64,000 nt of DNA from Octopus vulgaris (lineage: Eukaryota), in contig OX597831.1 of assembly GCA_951406725.2 (NCBI GenBank), forward strand, positions 8,866,001 to 8,930,000. The letters run 5' to 3'. The notes beneath the pieces are model-generated. The model saw only the letters and a program-made list of their open reading frames with translations. It did no database searches and was not told where the DNA came from. Shown piece by piece: positions 29,345 to 43,477 of the stretch (position 1 is the stretch's first letter; each line of letters begins with the position of its first letter). The position numbers were made by a program, and so were the translations under genes.

Positions 29345-29415
<71 letters not shown>

Positions 29416-29457
29416 ACCTATCTGTCTGTCTATCCCAAATGCACACACACACTCTCA

Positions 29458-29524
<67 letters not shown>
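29042..29524. repeat. (TATC)n/(TGTC)n array with an internal duplication of about 200 bp, then (CT)n(TA)n
   Basis: The variant block GTCTGTTTGTCTGTCTGCCTGTCTGTCTCTATCTG occurs near 29105 and again near 29306. Confidence 0.9.
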
Positions 29525-29525
<1 letters not shown>

Positions 29526-29835
29526 GGGGTTAAGTATAGTTACTGTGAGGATTGAAATTCCAGCGTTTCGGAAAAAGTTCTTCTTCACAAATAATTATGC
29601 AGGAAAGAAATTAAAGACAGTAAACAACACTTTTGTAACTCAGGAAATGGAAAACGTTGCCATCTCTCCTTAATTTCTCTCCTGTCTACTTTTCTCTGTC
29701 GGAAACATTGGATTTTCTTCTCTCCACTCATATTCCTAGTACTCTTTACGCTAATGTTATTAAATAACACAATCTTGCCGACGCACTCCATCACTAGTCG
29801 CGTTGGGGTTGGAATTGTCGTTCATACATACATAC

Positions 29836-29883
<48 letters not shown>

Positions 29884-30753
29884 ACACGCATACATATATA
29901 TCAACACTGTGTTCCCGGATTGCTGGTGGGTAACAGATTCAAGTGCATAGATGAGCCTGTTACTATGGTAGAAGGGAACTGGGTTAATAGTGACTGTCTT
30001 GGATCGATCTCGGAAACATGTGAGTCTGAAGGGAATGTGTCAATCACATGACAGCTAGATAACGACATATTTGAATTTTTAAATCTAATGTGTTCAGCAT
30101 ATAATTAATAATAATGAAATATACTTAATAGTAACAATAAAAAAAGCCAACGAGAGTGAAGAGGAAAGAGAAGAATACGTCAAAAGAAAAAAGCGGAAGA
30201 AGAATAGGAAGAAGAAGAGGGAGAAGGAGACGAAGAAAAGGAGGCAGATTAATTCAATCAATCAATTTTATAATTAAGCGTTTTACAATCATTTTATATG
30301 CTTTTTGGTAGTGTATGAAAAAAATTAGATACTGTTACAGACTTGTGTGTAAAAACAAAATTATCGAAATTATATGAAGAAATAAAAACAACACAAACAT
30401 AATCAAATGAAATAAACGAAAGCTTTACAATTTCGGAAGACAGACAACTCCCACAGCTACTTCATATTGTGTGTATATGCGCGTGCTGGTGTATAAATGC
30501 CCACGTGACGTGGCACTACGTGTGTATATATATATACACATACACATACACATGTGGGTGCGTGTGAGTCACTGTGTGTGTGTGTGATGGTACTGGCTGA
30601 ACAAAGCCGCTCTCTGAATACTTGTATAACAGGTCCAATCCCAGAGGGGTATTCTAACAAAAACGCATCAAAATAACGAATCATTAATTAACTATGCAAT
30701 GACCAAACCAACACATCTGGCTGTTATTGTTTTCGTTGTTGTTGTTGCTGTTG

Positions 30754-31115
30754 AGCGTAGCGGTCTTCGTCCCATGTCGTGGGAGAAATCCGAAACGTAG
30801 TACTTTGCTATTCGTAAGACCCGCAGAAGAGAAAGCAGGTCAACCCCCGACACCGAGAGCATCGAGGGATGGATGAATGCGCATCCAGGCTCAGCGGTTT
30901 CGTAGGAAGTCGGGGATCAAGAAACAGGAAGAAAGAGTGAGAGAAAGTTGGAGCAAAAGAGTACAACAGGGGTCGCCACCAGCCCCTGTTGGAGCCTCGT
31001 GGAGCTTTATATGTTTTCGCTCAATAAACACACACAACGCCCGGCCTGGGAATCGAAACCGCGATCCCCCGACCGCGAGTCCGCTGCCCTAACCATTGGG
31101 TCATCGCGCCTCCAC
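30754..31115 (-). mobile_element. tRNA(Arg-like)-derived SINE, family D, full length with TSD
   Basis: Minus-strand head GTGGAGGCGCGATGACCCAATGGTTAGGGCAGCGGACTCGCGG..GGTTTCGATTCCC. 15-bp TSD TTGTTGTTGCT(G/A)TTG at 30739-30753 and 31116-31130. Confidence 0.85.
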
Positions 31116-31619
31116 TTGTTGTTGCTATTGCCTACATTAGCTCTCAGCATCACATCTTCCTCCTGTATCTCAGGAATGCGCGGTTAAAGGTTTTCTTGTC
31201 CTGCAAAATTGAGCAAAGCCGTATCAACAAAATTGTGAAGATTGAAAGTAGTAAGATCTATCCTCGGTGGGATTGTATCCGTTGCTCGAATTCGAACCTC
31301 CACCCCAAGATTTTGCACCGCTACATTGCCCAGGGATGTTTATAATGAATTCAACACTGTGGTGAGCAGTGAGATAAGGAACCTGAGTTATTGCTTCGAC
31401 AAAACTTGTCAATGAGACGAAGGAAGCTCTTCATTGCCACCTGATTTGCTAGAAATAATAGCCAATTCCTCAAATTACACCGTACCATATTAAAACAAGG
31501 GGGACGTTGCATAATATTGTCCTGGACTGGGTAGTCATGATTAGAACGCTTTTGATAATAAATCTGCCCCACGAAGATTGGGTTGAAGCTAAACAACAAC
31601 AACAGCATTAACAAAATAA

Positions 31620-32060
31620 TCTCTTCTACTATAGGACAAACCTGAGATTTGAGAGGGGGAGTAGCAAATCGATTATAGCAACCCCTGTATCTGACTGCTG
31701 CTGTATTTCATCGTTCCTGAAACGATGAAAGCAGAGTCAAACTCGGAGGGATTTGGTCTCAGAATATAAAGACAGACAAAATACCTATTTCTTTATTGCC
31801 CACAAGGGGCTAAACACAAAGAGGACAATCAAGGACAGACAAACGGATTAAGTCGATTATATCGACCCCAGTGCGTAACTGCTAATTAATTTATCGACCC
31901 AGAATGGATGAAAGGCAAAGTCGACCTCGGCGGAATTTGAACTCAGAACGTAAAGACAGACGAAATACCGCTAAGCATTTTGCCCGGTGTGCTAACCTTT
32001 CTACCAGCTCGCCGCTAAGCAATTTGTCCGGCTTGCTAAACATTCTGCAAATTCGCCATC
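31620..32060 (-). mobile_element. Nested SINEs: young family A copy (31786-32015) inside an older A-prime copy
   Basis: The outer head (32016-32060) ends at GCTTAGC and the outer body resumes at GGTATTTTGTCTGTC right after the inner tail AATAAAGAAATA. Confidence 0.85.
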
Positions 32061-32455
32061 TTAACAAAAACAACAATAATAACAAAAATACCAGCATAAC
32101 TTTTGCTGTGTCGTTCCGCTATGCTGACCACCAGACTGGGTGATCCTGGAAACCGAGGATGGGGGGGGGGGCTGTCCACCTGATTAAACCATTAAATTGC
32201 TTTCGGTTTACCCTCATTTCCAATAACCGTGATTTTCTTTGGCAAAGATATTTCTTAAAAACAGAGTGAAAAACATTAACCGCTGACACAATCATAATAA
32301 CACTTGAAATTCGAAAGATCATCTCGTATCAACCGCATCGCTACCTGCAAGTCTCTTAGTGGAAGATAATTAATAAAAGAAACTGGAAATATATAATTAG
32401 AATATTTCATGTGATATCCAGAAACCAGAAATGATTTTCTCCGATTTGGCTGCGT

Positions 32456-32457
<2 letters not shown>

Positions 32458-32538
<81 letters not shown>

Positions 32539-32569
32539 AATATTATTATTATTATCATCATCATCATTA

Positions 32570-32609
<40 letters not shown>

Positions 32610-32620
32610 CATCATCATTA

Positions 32621-32681
<61 letters not shown>

Positions 32682-32695
32682 CATCATCATTATTA

Positions 32696-32762
<67 letters not shown>

Positions 32763-32776
32763 CATCATCATTATTA

Positions 32777-32832
<56 letters not shown>

Positions 32833-32866
32833 AATATTATTATTATTATCATCATCATCATTATTG

Positions 32867-32946
<80 letters not shown>

Positions 32947-33009
32947 AATATTATTATTATTATCATCATCATCATTATTATTGTTATTATTGTTATTATT
33001 ATTGTTATT

Positions 33010-33040
<31 letters not shown>

Positions 33041-33043
33041 TTA
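32458..33043. repeat. (ATT)n array of about 585 bp with periodic ATC/GTT/AAT variants
   Basis: Direct reading; the poly-I/N/L ORFs are artefacts. Confidence 0.95.
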
Positions 33044-33335
33044 GTTTGCAATCAAAATCTTGGAAATGTTCAAGTTAATTGAAGTTACATTATCGATAAA
33101 AGCTGTAAATTATGTATATAATCAAAATAGAATTGAGCCGGGGAAATATCAATTGCAAATGCTATAAAATAATCATTCAAAATTCACTTACTTAAACATA
33201 CATACATACACACACATGCACACACACGCACGCGCACACACACACACATATATATATATATACATAATGTGTATCTATATATATGAATAATCATACATGT
33301 ACGCAAACTTACGTTTGCATATGTGTGTTTGTATG

Positions 33336-33374
<39 letters not shown>

Positions 33375-33544
33375 ATGTATATACGTGTGTGTGTGTGTGT
33401 TTACAATTGTAAATATGTATGTACATATTTGTATGCGTGCTTCTATCTATGATACATATGTATTTGTTGCATAAATCATTATCGTTATCTCCGATATGCC
33501 CATCTTGTTAGTAATTCGCCATTACACTGACGAATATATAAATA

Positions 33545-33588
<44 letters not shown>

Positions 33589-35024
33589 GAAAGAACGAAA
33601 GGGAGGGAGTGAAAGAAAGAGAGCAGAGCAGAGCTAAACTTATTACTGCAGTCATACAATAAATATATTCAATTAATATTTGCACGTTTGGAAACTATTG
33701 AAGCAGCTTAAATGAACTTACAGTTAAAGCAACATCCACGACACGATAGTATAATTCTCACATGCACAAACGGCGCCATCACCGCCACCACTGCTCCATT
33801 CAACGATAGATTCTTCTTCATTAGCCTATAATTTTGTTATTCATAGAAACCGTGACATTTAATATTTTATCTTTGTAATGATATTCTCGTAAATATAAAA
33901 TATCTTCTTTATCTTTGTCTTTGTTTTTTTTTCGCAGGCAAATTTCAATTTTATATCGTCTGCTTTTTCTAAGTAGATATGTTTTCAACATAAACCGAGC
34001 CATAACACTACTTCTAGTCAAAACATAGAAAGTATTTCGTTAATCATGTTTGGAGATGTAAATGACAAATGCAAATCCAGAAGATGACAGTAGACACTTT
34101 ACACTAGAATTTCATAATTCTTTCAATGACGTTTTAACAAGTTCGTTCCTTGAGTTTCTTGCTCCCAATCAATTCCATACCAAAATCCCAAATCTTCGCT
34201 AATTGTCATTGTTGTTGTTAAGATTACCTGTCGATACTATTGAGAGAGCCTGTGATCAACGACGTTCTTACATTGACCATCCTGTCGTTTTGTATACTAA
34301 ACACCGAATTATTCAATACCGAATTCTTTCATTACAAAAATAGGGAGATTTAGCAGCTAATCGAAACGTGGGCCATTACATAGAGATTTCTTCTTTGGTT
34401 CGCTTTTCAATGTTCATGTTTATACAATTTATATTTCAGTTAATGTTTTGAAACATGTGGATGTGTGATTAAATACATTCCATCCGTAACCACCATGTCC
34501 TAGCTTTTAATTACAACGAATCTTCGGCCGTACTCATCTAATGAGTCATTCCACTTTTTAAAAACGACTTGTGTTCGGTATGAGGTAAATACTATTATCT
34601 TTCATAACAATTAATACTTGTAATATCTTTTACGAAAATAAAAACATACTTCCTTAAAAAATTAGTTGTAGGATGAATTTAAAATGGTGGCGAGATGATG
34701 GAATCGTTATCGCGCCGGACAAAATGCTTAGCGGCATTATTTCCGGCTTTTGACTTCCTGAATACAAATGTTGATGAAGTCGACTTTGCCTTTCTTCCTT
34801 TTCATGGTAAAATATGTAGAAATCAGGTATTGGGGTCGATGGAATCGAGTTCTGCCTCTCCTAGGAATTGCTGGACTGAAGACTGCAATTTTAAAAGTCA
34901 GTGAATCGTTCGAGTTAAAGATGTCTGTCTCTAAAACAAAAGAGTGGGAGGGAAAAAAAAAAAGAATCTAGTAGAAGTCGAAGATTGTTCTCCCACTTTA
35001 ATGAAAGTTCAGAACTATATAATA

Positions 35025-35418
35025 CTAGCAGTATCGCCCGGCGTTGCTCGGGTTTGTAAGGGAAATAACTATATAAGCATTTTTAGAGATGTAAAGTATA
35101 ATAGCCATCTCAATATGGTTAACCACAAAGAGGGGGGGTGTTACTGTAGCTTTTTACGTTCTGAGATTTAATAATAAACTTTTAGAGAGTTACTTCCCTT
35201 ATATATGCAACAATGCATTAAAATGGGAAAAATTGATGGTAAATTTTTTTAAATCGTAGACTCATCGTAGACGCGCGCTAATACCCAGAAGGGCTCGATA
35301 TGAATCACCACTATAAGATACCCGGTTTTGGTTAAACTGCACCGCAAAATGTGGGAGTAGTTAGGAATCTAAATCGTAGGAGACAAACAGCACACAACCT
35401 TACTTTTATATATAAAGA
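35025..35418 (-). mobile_element. Non-autonomous Helitron (394 bp)
   Basis: Minus strand begins A|TCTTTATATATAAAAG and ends with hairpin CCCGAGCAACGCCGGG (35037-35052) followed by CTAG|T. Inserted between A and T with no TSD, the canonical Helitron signature. Confidence 0.85.
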
Positions 35419-36204
35419 TATACATTCCTGGTCAACTTGCAACTACGTATAAAAATGCAACTACAAAATTTCCGGTTGAAGTACACAAAAATTATAAACG
35501 ATGATAGACAGACATATCTTTAATGTTGCTGAGATAGGATTGGATAGGGAAAATGCTAATGCTAACACGTTTGATGGAAAAAGAAAAGGAAAAGCATGAA
35601 GCAGTGTACAAAGCTGTAAAGGATTAGACACTTTTACTGTGTTGCACTGTCATTTAAGACTAGCGTTGTGTTGCGAATTGAAAACCTTAGAGATTTACGG
35701 GTCCATTAAAACTTTCCAACGTTCAGTATCATGGTGATTAAGTTAGAAGACATGGATCTCCAGAGAATTATTTGCAGATCGTTTACAAATGATTTTTCAC
35801 CCCGAGTTGAAGGGTACTGTAAAGATAATAGCCGAGATTTTAATGTTCTGTTTATTAGACAATACAACAGGTTATCCGTTTTCATTATCGGACCCAAAGG
35901 AGCTTAGAAAAATAAAAGTGCATCACCCCTGCCATCAAATATAACGTCCTTGCTACAACGAAAGGTCGAAGGTGTAGTTCTCACTTTAAAGTTCTAAAAT
36001 GTTGGGAAATGCTGTTAAATCTACAACAGGGGGAAAAGATGTTTCATTATCAACATTTTGGAAACTTTATACAATCAGAGATGCAATCGAAATCATTCAG
36101 GTGTCTTGAGCCCAACTTGTTGATAGTAACGTGTTTTATGTAGCAATATTTGTTGGTCGTATCTGGCGAATGATATTCCAGGTTTCGAATCGAAGGTTTC
36201 GAAA

Positions 36205-36435
36205 GGCGGTGAGCTGGGAGAAACGTTATCACGCCGGGCGAAATGGTTAGCGGTATTTCGTCTGCCGTTACGTTCTGAGTTCAAATACCGCCGAAGTCGA
36301 CTCTGTTTTTCATCCATTCGGGATCGATTAAATAAGTACCAGTTACGCACTGGGATCGATGTAATCGATTTAATCCGTTTGTCTGTTCTTGTTTGTCCTC
36401 TCTGTGTTTAACCCCTTGTGGGTAGTAAAGAAATA
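36205..36435 (+). mobile_element. SINE family A (full length)
   Basis: GGCGGTGAGCTGGGAGAAACG..GTAGTAAAGAAATA, flanked by GGTTTCGAATCG (36181) and GGTTTTGAATTG (36436), a TSD with CpG decay. Confidence 0.92.
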
Positions 36436-37396
36436 GGTTTTGAATTGCAGACTCAAGCAATTGCATAATGTGAGTTCAGAATAGAAAAGAACGGCCTAAC
36501 AAATGAATCTCTCGATAGAGATAATTTCCATGAGTACAACGACTTTCATTGAAAGGATTTCGCGAATGATTCACTTCTTGCGCTTCAAGAACAAAATATT
36601 TACGAGGAAAATAATTTGAATGCCAATCTTACGGAAGAGACAACAGCAGAATAAAGTTTACGATGTCTGAAATAGTGCAAACTTTTAGTCATTTAGAAAG
36701 TCTGTACGAGAACTTTACGAACACAGATTCCATACGTGAAAAGTGAATGAAATTTCGATAAAATTTCAAACTTCTCTTCGATGTTACCCAGATATACATA
36801 TGAAAAGTAAAGAAATGTAGTCCAGACGAAGTTGTCGAAATATTTTTCGGGAAAACAAATTTCATGGCAAATTCATTCGTGAGTTTAGTCTTATAAAAAG
36901 GTTTGAAATACACTCGTTTCTTAATCTTTTACTGCTGGTCATGATTTGTGGAATGTGCTATTAAGTGCTTTAAGATACGTGCGTAATTCAAGATACGTAA
37001 CATGCGGCACACAACACGATTCTTCGCAAAATCACAAGACACATAAACATATGTGTGTGACTATGTGTGTGTGTCCATGTCCATTTATGCAGGTGCACAC
37101 ACACACACACACACACACGTGCATATGTATATATAATGAGCGAAGTAGCTAGTTCTAAAACGTCTAAAAGATATATAAGTAGTAACAATACTGGAAGGTA
37201 ACGGTTTTTTGCCACTATAACATGGTTGTTGTATAAAGAAAACTGTTACTACATTTTAAACGCAAGAAAATGTCTTTTCCACTCGGTCAACGACACACAA
37301 CTTGTGTCCGTTATACAGTAAGTAAGAGAGCGAATCACTTCCCTTTGGCTTGGCATGACCAATGGCCACGGTTTCTGGGTCTTTAAACTTCATTGG

Positions 37397-37556
37397 TACT
37401 GGACACCTGCCTGCTAGAGATGGCAGTCAATCGGCCCTACCAACAATATATAAACTGAAAGGCGGCAGAGAGCCGCTGACCTCGTAACGAGTAAAGTAGC
37501 TAGTTATTGTGAATAGGAGCGATCGACTGCCATCACTAGCAAGCACGTTTCCAGTA
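37397..37556. mobile_element. 160-bp foldback element (MITE-like) with imperfect inverted arms of about 50 bp
   Basis: TACTGGACACCTGCCTGCTAGAGATGGCAGTCAATCGGCCCTA versus the reverse complement of the right arm TACTGGAAACGTGCTTGCTAGTGATGGCAGTCGATCGCTCCTA; TA at both ends. Confidence 0.65.
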
Positions 37557-37560
37557 TCCA

Positions 37561-37707
37561 GCTTCTTTCAGTTTCCGTCTACCAAATCCACTCACAAGGC
37601 TTTGGTCAGCCCGAGGCTATAGTAGAAGACACTTGCCCAAGGTGCCACGCAGTGGGACTGAACCCGGAACCATATGGTTGATAAGCAAGCTACTTACCAC
37701 TCTGCCG

Positions 37708-37710
<3 letters not shown>
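37561..37710 (-). mobile_element. SINE family B, 5' half
   Basis: GCTTCTTTCAGTTTCCGTCTACCAAATCC..GACACTTGCCCAAGG..GGGACTGAACCCGGAACCA. Confidence 0.9.
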
Positions 37711-37753
<43 letters not shown>

Positions 37754-38290
37754 TTTATGAATATGTATATATTTTTGGTAACACGTTGCTAAACCGCTGG
37801 CTACCTTAATTTTTTGTATACACATTAGCGATTGGTTCAATCATCCATAGATTTCTATGTTGTGAACATATATGCTGGTGGTGTGAAAGTCGAAACTGAC
37901 CAGTCAGTATTGGAATATCTGGACATCTGCTTTCGGGTGATTACGGTCTCTGTCAGTGTGTATGTATAGAGTTATGTGCTTTGACTGCAGCAGTAGAGCG
38001 CTTTAGGTCTTATTTCTAGCTGTGTAGATTTTCTAACAGCCCCAGTCATATCCAATTGCAATTATAGTTTTCCTTTTCACTAACACATTGCTAAACCGTT
38101 GCCGACATTAATTATTTGTACTCGCACACACACATACACACGAGAAGTTTTGGTGTCCCGAAGACCCAAAGAAATTTCACACTACCTTGGCTTTGTTCTC
38201 TCATTTTATTTAACATATACATACATACACACACACACATATAATAAAGGAATAATTACTATGAAGTATTGTGTAGAATATATTGTATAA

Positions 38291-38555
38291 ACGATCGTGG
38301 CTAAGTCCAAAAGAATGCGAAGTAAATGCAAGGTAAATCACAAGAAAACAAATATGCGAATTAATATAAATTTACTTTCTATTCAATATTTCGGGGTTAT
38401 GACCCCATTATCCAGAAATAGATGCGTATTTCTTGAAATGGGTTCATAACCCCGAAATATTGAATAGAAAGCAAATTTATATTAATTCACATATTTGATT
38501 TCTTGTGACTTACCTTGCATTTATTTCGCATTCTTTTCGACTTAGCCACGATCGT
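38291..38555. repeat. Long imperfect inverted repeat (about 130-bp arms, 6-nt loop)
   Basis: ACGATCGTGGCTAAGTC..AGAAATA / GATGCG / TATTTCT..GACTTAGCCACGATCGT, with scattered mismatches. Confidence 0.95.
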
Positions 38556-38714
38556 AAATATATATATATATATATCTTTTCCTATTTTTTTCCTATTTGT
38601 AATCACCCCACTTTGTCGTATGGTTAACACCATATAGATTTCCGGTGCATCCTAGTTAAGGACCATATTCATGTGAATTCATTAGAACTCACTTGAATCT
38701 CAATAACTTAAACC

Positions 38715-38765
<51 letters not shown>

Positions 38766-38825
38766 TTCACACGCACATTTATATGTGCATATACATATAT
38801 GTATATATGTCTATTTATATACATC

Positions 38826-38873
<48 letters not shown>

Positions 38874-39732
38874 TCCGTGTGTGTGTATGCATGCATGTTT
38901 GTGTGTGTGTCCACAAAATTCACTTGAATATAAATTGCAGCGGAGCGTATTTTGGGCAGGGCTGTGTCACATTCAAATTTCAATAGAATCGGACGCCTGT
39001 AAAAACGTACATCGCAAGATTCAAGACTTTCGCCTTCACACAAAACAAACAACTACGATACTCTGGCGGCGATCAGTCCTGCACTTACAACAAGAGATCA
39101 CGAAAACGTATAATACACAGTGTATGGATGAGAACACGGAAGGAAAGCACAGAAAAAAACAAATAGACATCAACTTGTAGCGTTATCCAATGGAGATTTG
39201 TATTAAAAACTAGATTGAACATGAAAATTATATTAGTAACGAAATATATTTATCAATAAGCAAAGATGTTATACGCTGCACTTAGAATAAACCCATGAAA
39301 TTTCCCAAGAGTTAACCGCTGAATGCTTTCGAAATGCTATCGTGGATTGTACTAATTCTAATATTTCTGTTGTCGTTCTTGTGCATCTACTGCAAATCAC
39401 TTCCTGTTATTAGTCACTACAATATTGTCAATATTCCCCGGATGAGTAGTTTACGCTACACTTCAGAAGATAATGTGATGGGGTGATTTTTTAAGAGTAA
39501 ACAATACTTTGTTGAATTTATTGGAGATCAAAAGGAAGCTTCTAAATTTTATGAAGATTTAATTGTTGTACAGCGTTTGCATGAGGTGAGCTCTTTATGA
39601 AATCCTATGAAATGATAATGATCACGCATCTATTATCTTTTTACTTTGATATATATACATACACACACACACACACACACATATGTATAACATACATATA
39701 TACATACATACATACATACATACATACATACA

Positions 39733-39769
<37 letters not shown>

Positions 39770-39889
39770 GATAGGCATCCGAAGGGATGAAAGGCCAAGG
39801 CGATCTGAGCGGAATTTAGATTGAGAACAGACGAAATGCCGCTAATCGTTTTCTCCAGCGTTTTACCGATTCTGCCTGCTCATTGCCTA

Positions 39890-40078
39890 GCAGTACCCAG
39901 CTGGATGACAGGAAGAATGACATTGTTATGTGCCAAGGATCCTGAAAAGAGATATGTAGCATCCAACCTTAGACCAATAACGTGCCTTCCGCTAATGTGG
40001 AAACTCATGTTATGTGCTTTTGGCGGTGACCTGTACAGATACTCGTCAAGGAGTGGGCAGCTACCTATTGAAGGAAAA
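39890..40078 (+). mobile_element. RT N-terminal fragment of an R4/Dong-like non-LTR retrotransposon
   Basis: VPSWMTGRMTLLCAKDPEKRYVASNLRPITCLPLMWKLM..LPIEGK matches W.TGRT.L..KD....SNYRPITCLP.MWKL..LP.EQKG. Confidence 0.75.
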
Positions 40079-40343
40079 CACGATACTTGTGTCGATTTGT
40101 TCAACTAAATTTTCTCTAAGACAATGCCCCGGCTGGGCCACAGCTACATAACTGAAACAAGTAAAAGATAAAAGTTAAAATTAACTTAATTTCTCAAAAA
40201 ATCTTGTAACTTCTGGTATTTGCTTTGTTTTATATTTATTAGAAATGTACAGAAACTAGTATTTTTCATACACACACACACACACACACACACAACATAC
40301 ACACATATATGTATATGCGTGTGTGTGTATGTATGTGTGTGTG

Positions 40344-40388
<45 letters not shown>

Positions 40389-40882
40389 TAGACCTATATA
40401 CGTACATACATGCCTACATATATGTCGTAATCTTCTTTCCTGTCAAATAATATCTGAGAAAATTATAATTTCAGACTTGTTCACTTCCGTTTGATGCTTT
40501 AAACTATATCAAGAATAGAAAAATAACTTGAAGGCTATTTCACATCTTCCCTCCTACTTAATTGCTTATTAGCTATTTTGCAACTATTTCTAAGCAATAG
40601 TCGATCTGTCAGAACCAATTAATATTCGATCGTTCTCAATTACGGTTATAAATGCCATATGCAAATTATTGAAGCTACAAAAAATGCCATGATTTAAATT
40701 GATGCGTAAAATTGTTACGTAATTTCTCTACTAAGTATAGAAAAGAAACACGGAATATGTTTGTGGCAGGGGAAAAAATTGTCAGTATTTCGAATATTCA
40801 TTTTTCTCCTAATTATCTACACATTATTTCGCTATCGTTTCTCTCTCCGCCTTGCTATTCCTGTATATACATATAAATATAC

Positions 40883-40952
<70 letters not shown>

Positions 40953-41199
40953 ACACACACATACTACTGACAAAACGTAGCATTAATTCTCTGGGCCGTT
41001 CAATTTTTATCAACCGATCAATGGGGCGACTGAGAAAACCAATAAATAACAAATTATAATGAAACAGCTGTAAGTCAAATTTACTACAATAAAGTATTAT
41101 GTAATGACCAATATATGTGCCTTATATACATGCGTACACACACACACACACACACATACACACATATGTACATGAGCAAAGTATTCGAATGTTTACCTC

Positions 41200-41530
41200 G
41201 GTCAAGTGATTTTTCTCATAGCCCAGGATCGCCCAATGTATTGTGTGTGAATTTGGTAGACGGAAACTGTGTTGAAGCCTGTCGTTTATATGCCTATGCA
41301 TTTGTGCATGCTTTTATGCTTTTGTATTTGTGTTTGTCTCCCTGCCCTTTTGATACCGTTGTTAGCTTGTTGACGTCCCCGTAATTAGCGGTTCGGCAAA
41401 AAACAACTAAAAAAATAAATACCTGACTTAAAAAATATACAGTGGAGCCAATTTGTTCGACTAAAGCCTTTCAAGGCCATGCCCAGGCATGGGCCCCGGT
41501 TAAATGCCTGAAGCAAACAAAAGATAAAGG
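41200..41530 (+). mobile_element. Degraded SINE family B
   Basis: GAATTTGGTAGACGGAAACTG..ACGTCCCCGTAATTAGCGGTTCGGCAAAA..CCAGGCATGGCC..TGAAGCAAACAAAAGATAAA. Confidence 0.8.
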
Positions 41531-42103
41531 GTATTTTGTCTCTTACTTTATTGAGAAGGTTCTGAAAGTTGGCTAAATTTTCCTAGCGAGATGTGAACCC
41601 TAAATTTTGCAAAATTTATACGAAGTCTTAATATTGAAGATGGAATGATGTTTTTGTCAAATGTTCGTATTTTAAATATATTGCTTTTGAGGGACATCGG
41701 ACTTGCCGACAACCTCAGATTTAAAAGGGATGTAAAAAAAATGACTGTATGACATTGATTGTGTTACATCCGTTCCTTTCTCAAAGTCATCGGCTGTACA
41801 AGGTGAAATACGCATTATTTCATTATAAGGAATTGAACCTGGATCGAAGGATCGAAGTATTTAATTGCCGACTGTTCAGATTTTGTTTTATGCCACTTGC
41901 TGCACCACGGACCCGTATACAATGCAACTAGCGGGACCAACAACGTGATGAAGGAGGCATTTCACTTTTTAAAAGTTCACACGACCGAGGCGTAGCACAA
42001 GTGATTTTAGGAAACGTGAACAATCGTTATTCACCCTGATATGAAAGTGATGAAAGGTGAAAGGCAGTGGCCAATACCGAAGAGAGTTCATTCTTTATTT
42101 AAT

Positions 42104-42171
<68 letters not shown>

Positions 42172-42173
<2 letters not shown>

Positions 42174-42620
42174 GAGGGGAGTGAGTAGATTAACGTAAGG
42201 ACTATTTGATTTAGTATCAAATTGCGAGTAATTATGTTTGTCATTTGACATTAATTACTCAACTCGTTAACTGTACTAGTTGTTTAAAGAGTCCTGGCAT
42301 TTAACCAATATTTGCTTTCATCGTGTAACCATCAGACGTACACACACACACACGTTCCCTGACGCATACTTACTGATTGACTAATATATTCTCACAGATA
42401 TCTGCATACTCACAGGATATTCGTCTAATCGGTTACGTATTCGATCTTTCAGTTTCTCCAAGATATAACTCTTTTTTTTTGTTTTTGACCAAATTCCATC
42501 AGAGACGCTGTATCTCTTTGAAATAACTTCAATGCAATTTCCGCAGCCACTGTATGATCGCGAAACATATAACTTGTTTTCATTCCATTGTCTGCAACCT
42601 GTCACTTCTTGTGAGAAAAA
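42172..42620 (-). mobile_element. Possible degraded Tc1/mariner-superfamily transposase C-terminus and terminal repeat
   Basis: Minus-strand peptide GIWSKTKKKSYILEKLKDRIRNRLDEYP resembles LWG.LK.KVY..LEELK.RIR..I..IP; TATGAGGGG at 42171 resembles a mariner-type terminus. Confidence 0.35.
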
Positions 42621-43189
42621 ACCAATCAATAAATCTGCTACGATTCGATGCAGAAACTCGCAACACAATTCGTTGGATGTCTTTACACAATATTTCGCTA
42701 TTCAGTTTAAGCAGAAAACAATTTATAAGATAGTTAATCAAAATAATTATATAGCTCTGAGTTTCTTTTGAATATAAAACCTTGATATCCAATTGTTTAG
42801 ATATCGAGAACCTTCAAGCAAAGCCCTTTTGCCACTCTTCTGATCATAAAGCAGACATTTCTTTCTTAACAGCTAATGATATATTTTCGATGTTTTTCCT
42901 GCAATTCAATATCTCCCATACAACACTAGTTCCTTTATTTTACTCCATCGCCTTTCACTAACTATCTCTCACTTCATTTCGTCGAGGCAATAATTTTATC
43001 GTGACGTGAAGCCTACAGATATGGGTATATAAATATATTTAACGAATAAAAACAATTGGCGGTGAGATATGAAGCTTCCGTTTTGAAGTTACATCCCCAA
43101 TGATTAAAGGTGGATCATGACATTTTCCCATTTACAACATATCGGCCGCTTTAAACCAATCTTTACAATTATTCAAAAGAAATTGCCTC

Positions 43190-43246
<57 letters not shown>

Positions 43247-43260
43247 TGATGATGATGATG

Positions 43261-43317
<57 letters not shown>

Positions 43318-43320
43318 TTA

Positions 43321-43354
<34 letters not shown>

Positions 43355-43427
43355 CGATGATGATTTCTTCAACATTTTGCCACAAGGGCAGCTTGGGCGA
43401 GGAGGTTACCTTGCAATTTTACTTTGT

Positions 43428-43477
<50 letters not shown>

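Noticed and set aside
29900-30051. Weak resemblance to an RTE RT thumb region (FKC..V.....LG..IS)
   Set aside because: Too degenerate to call without a search.
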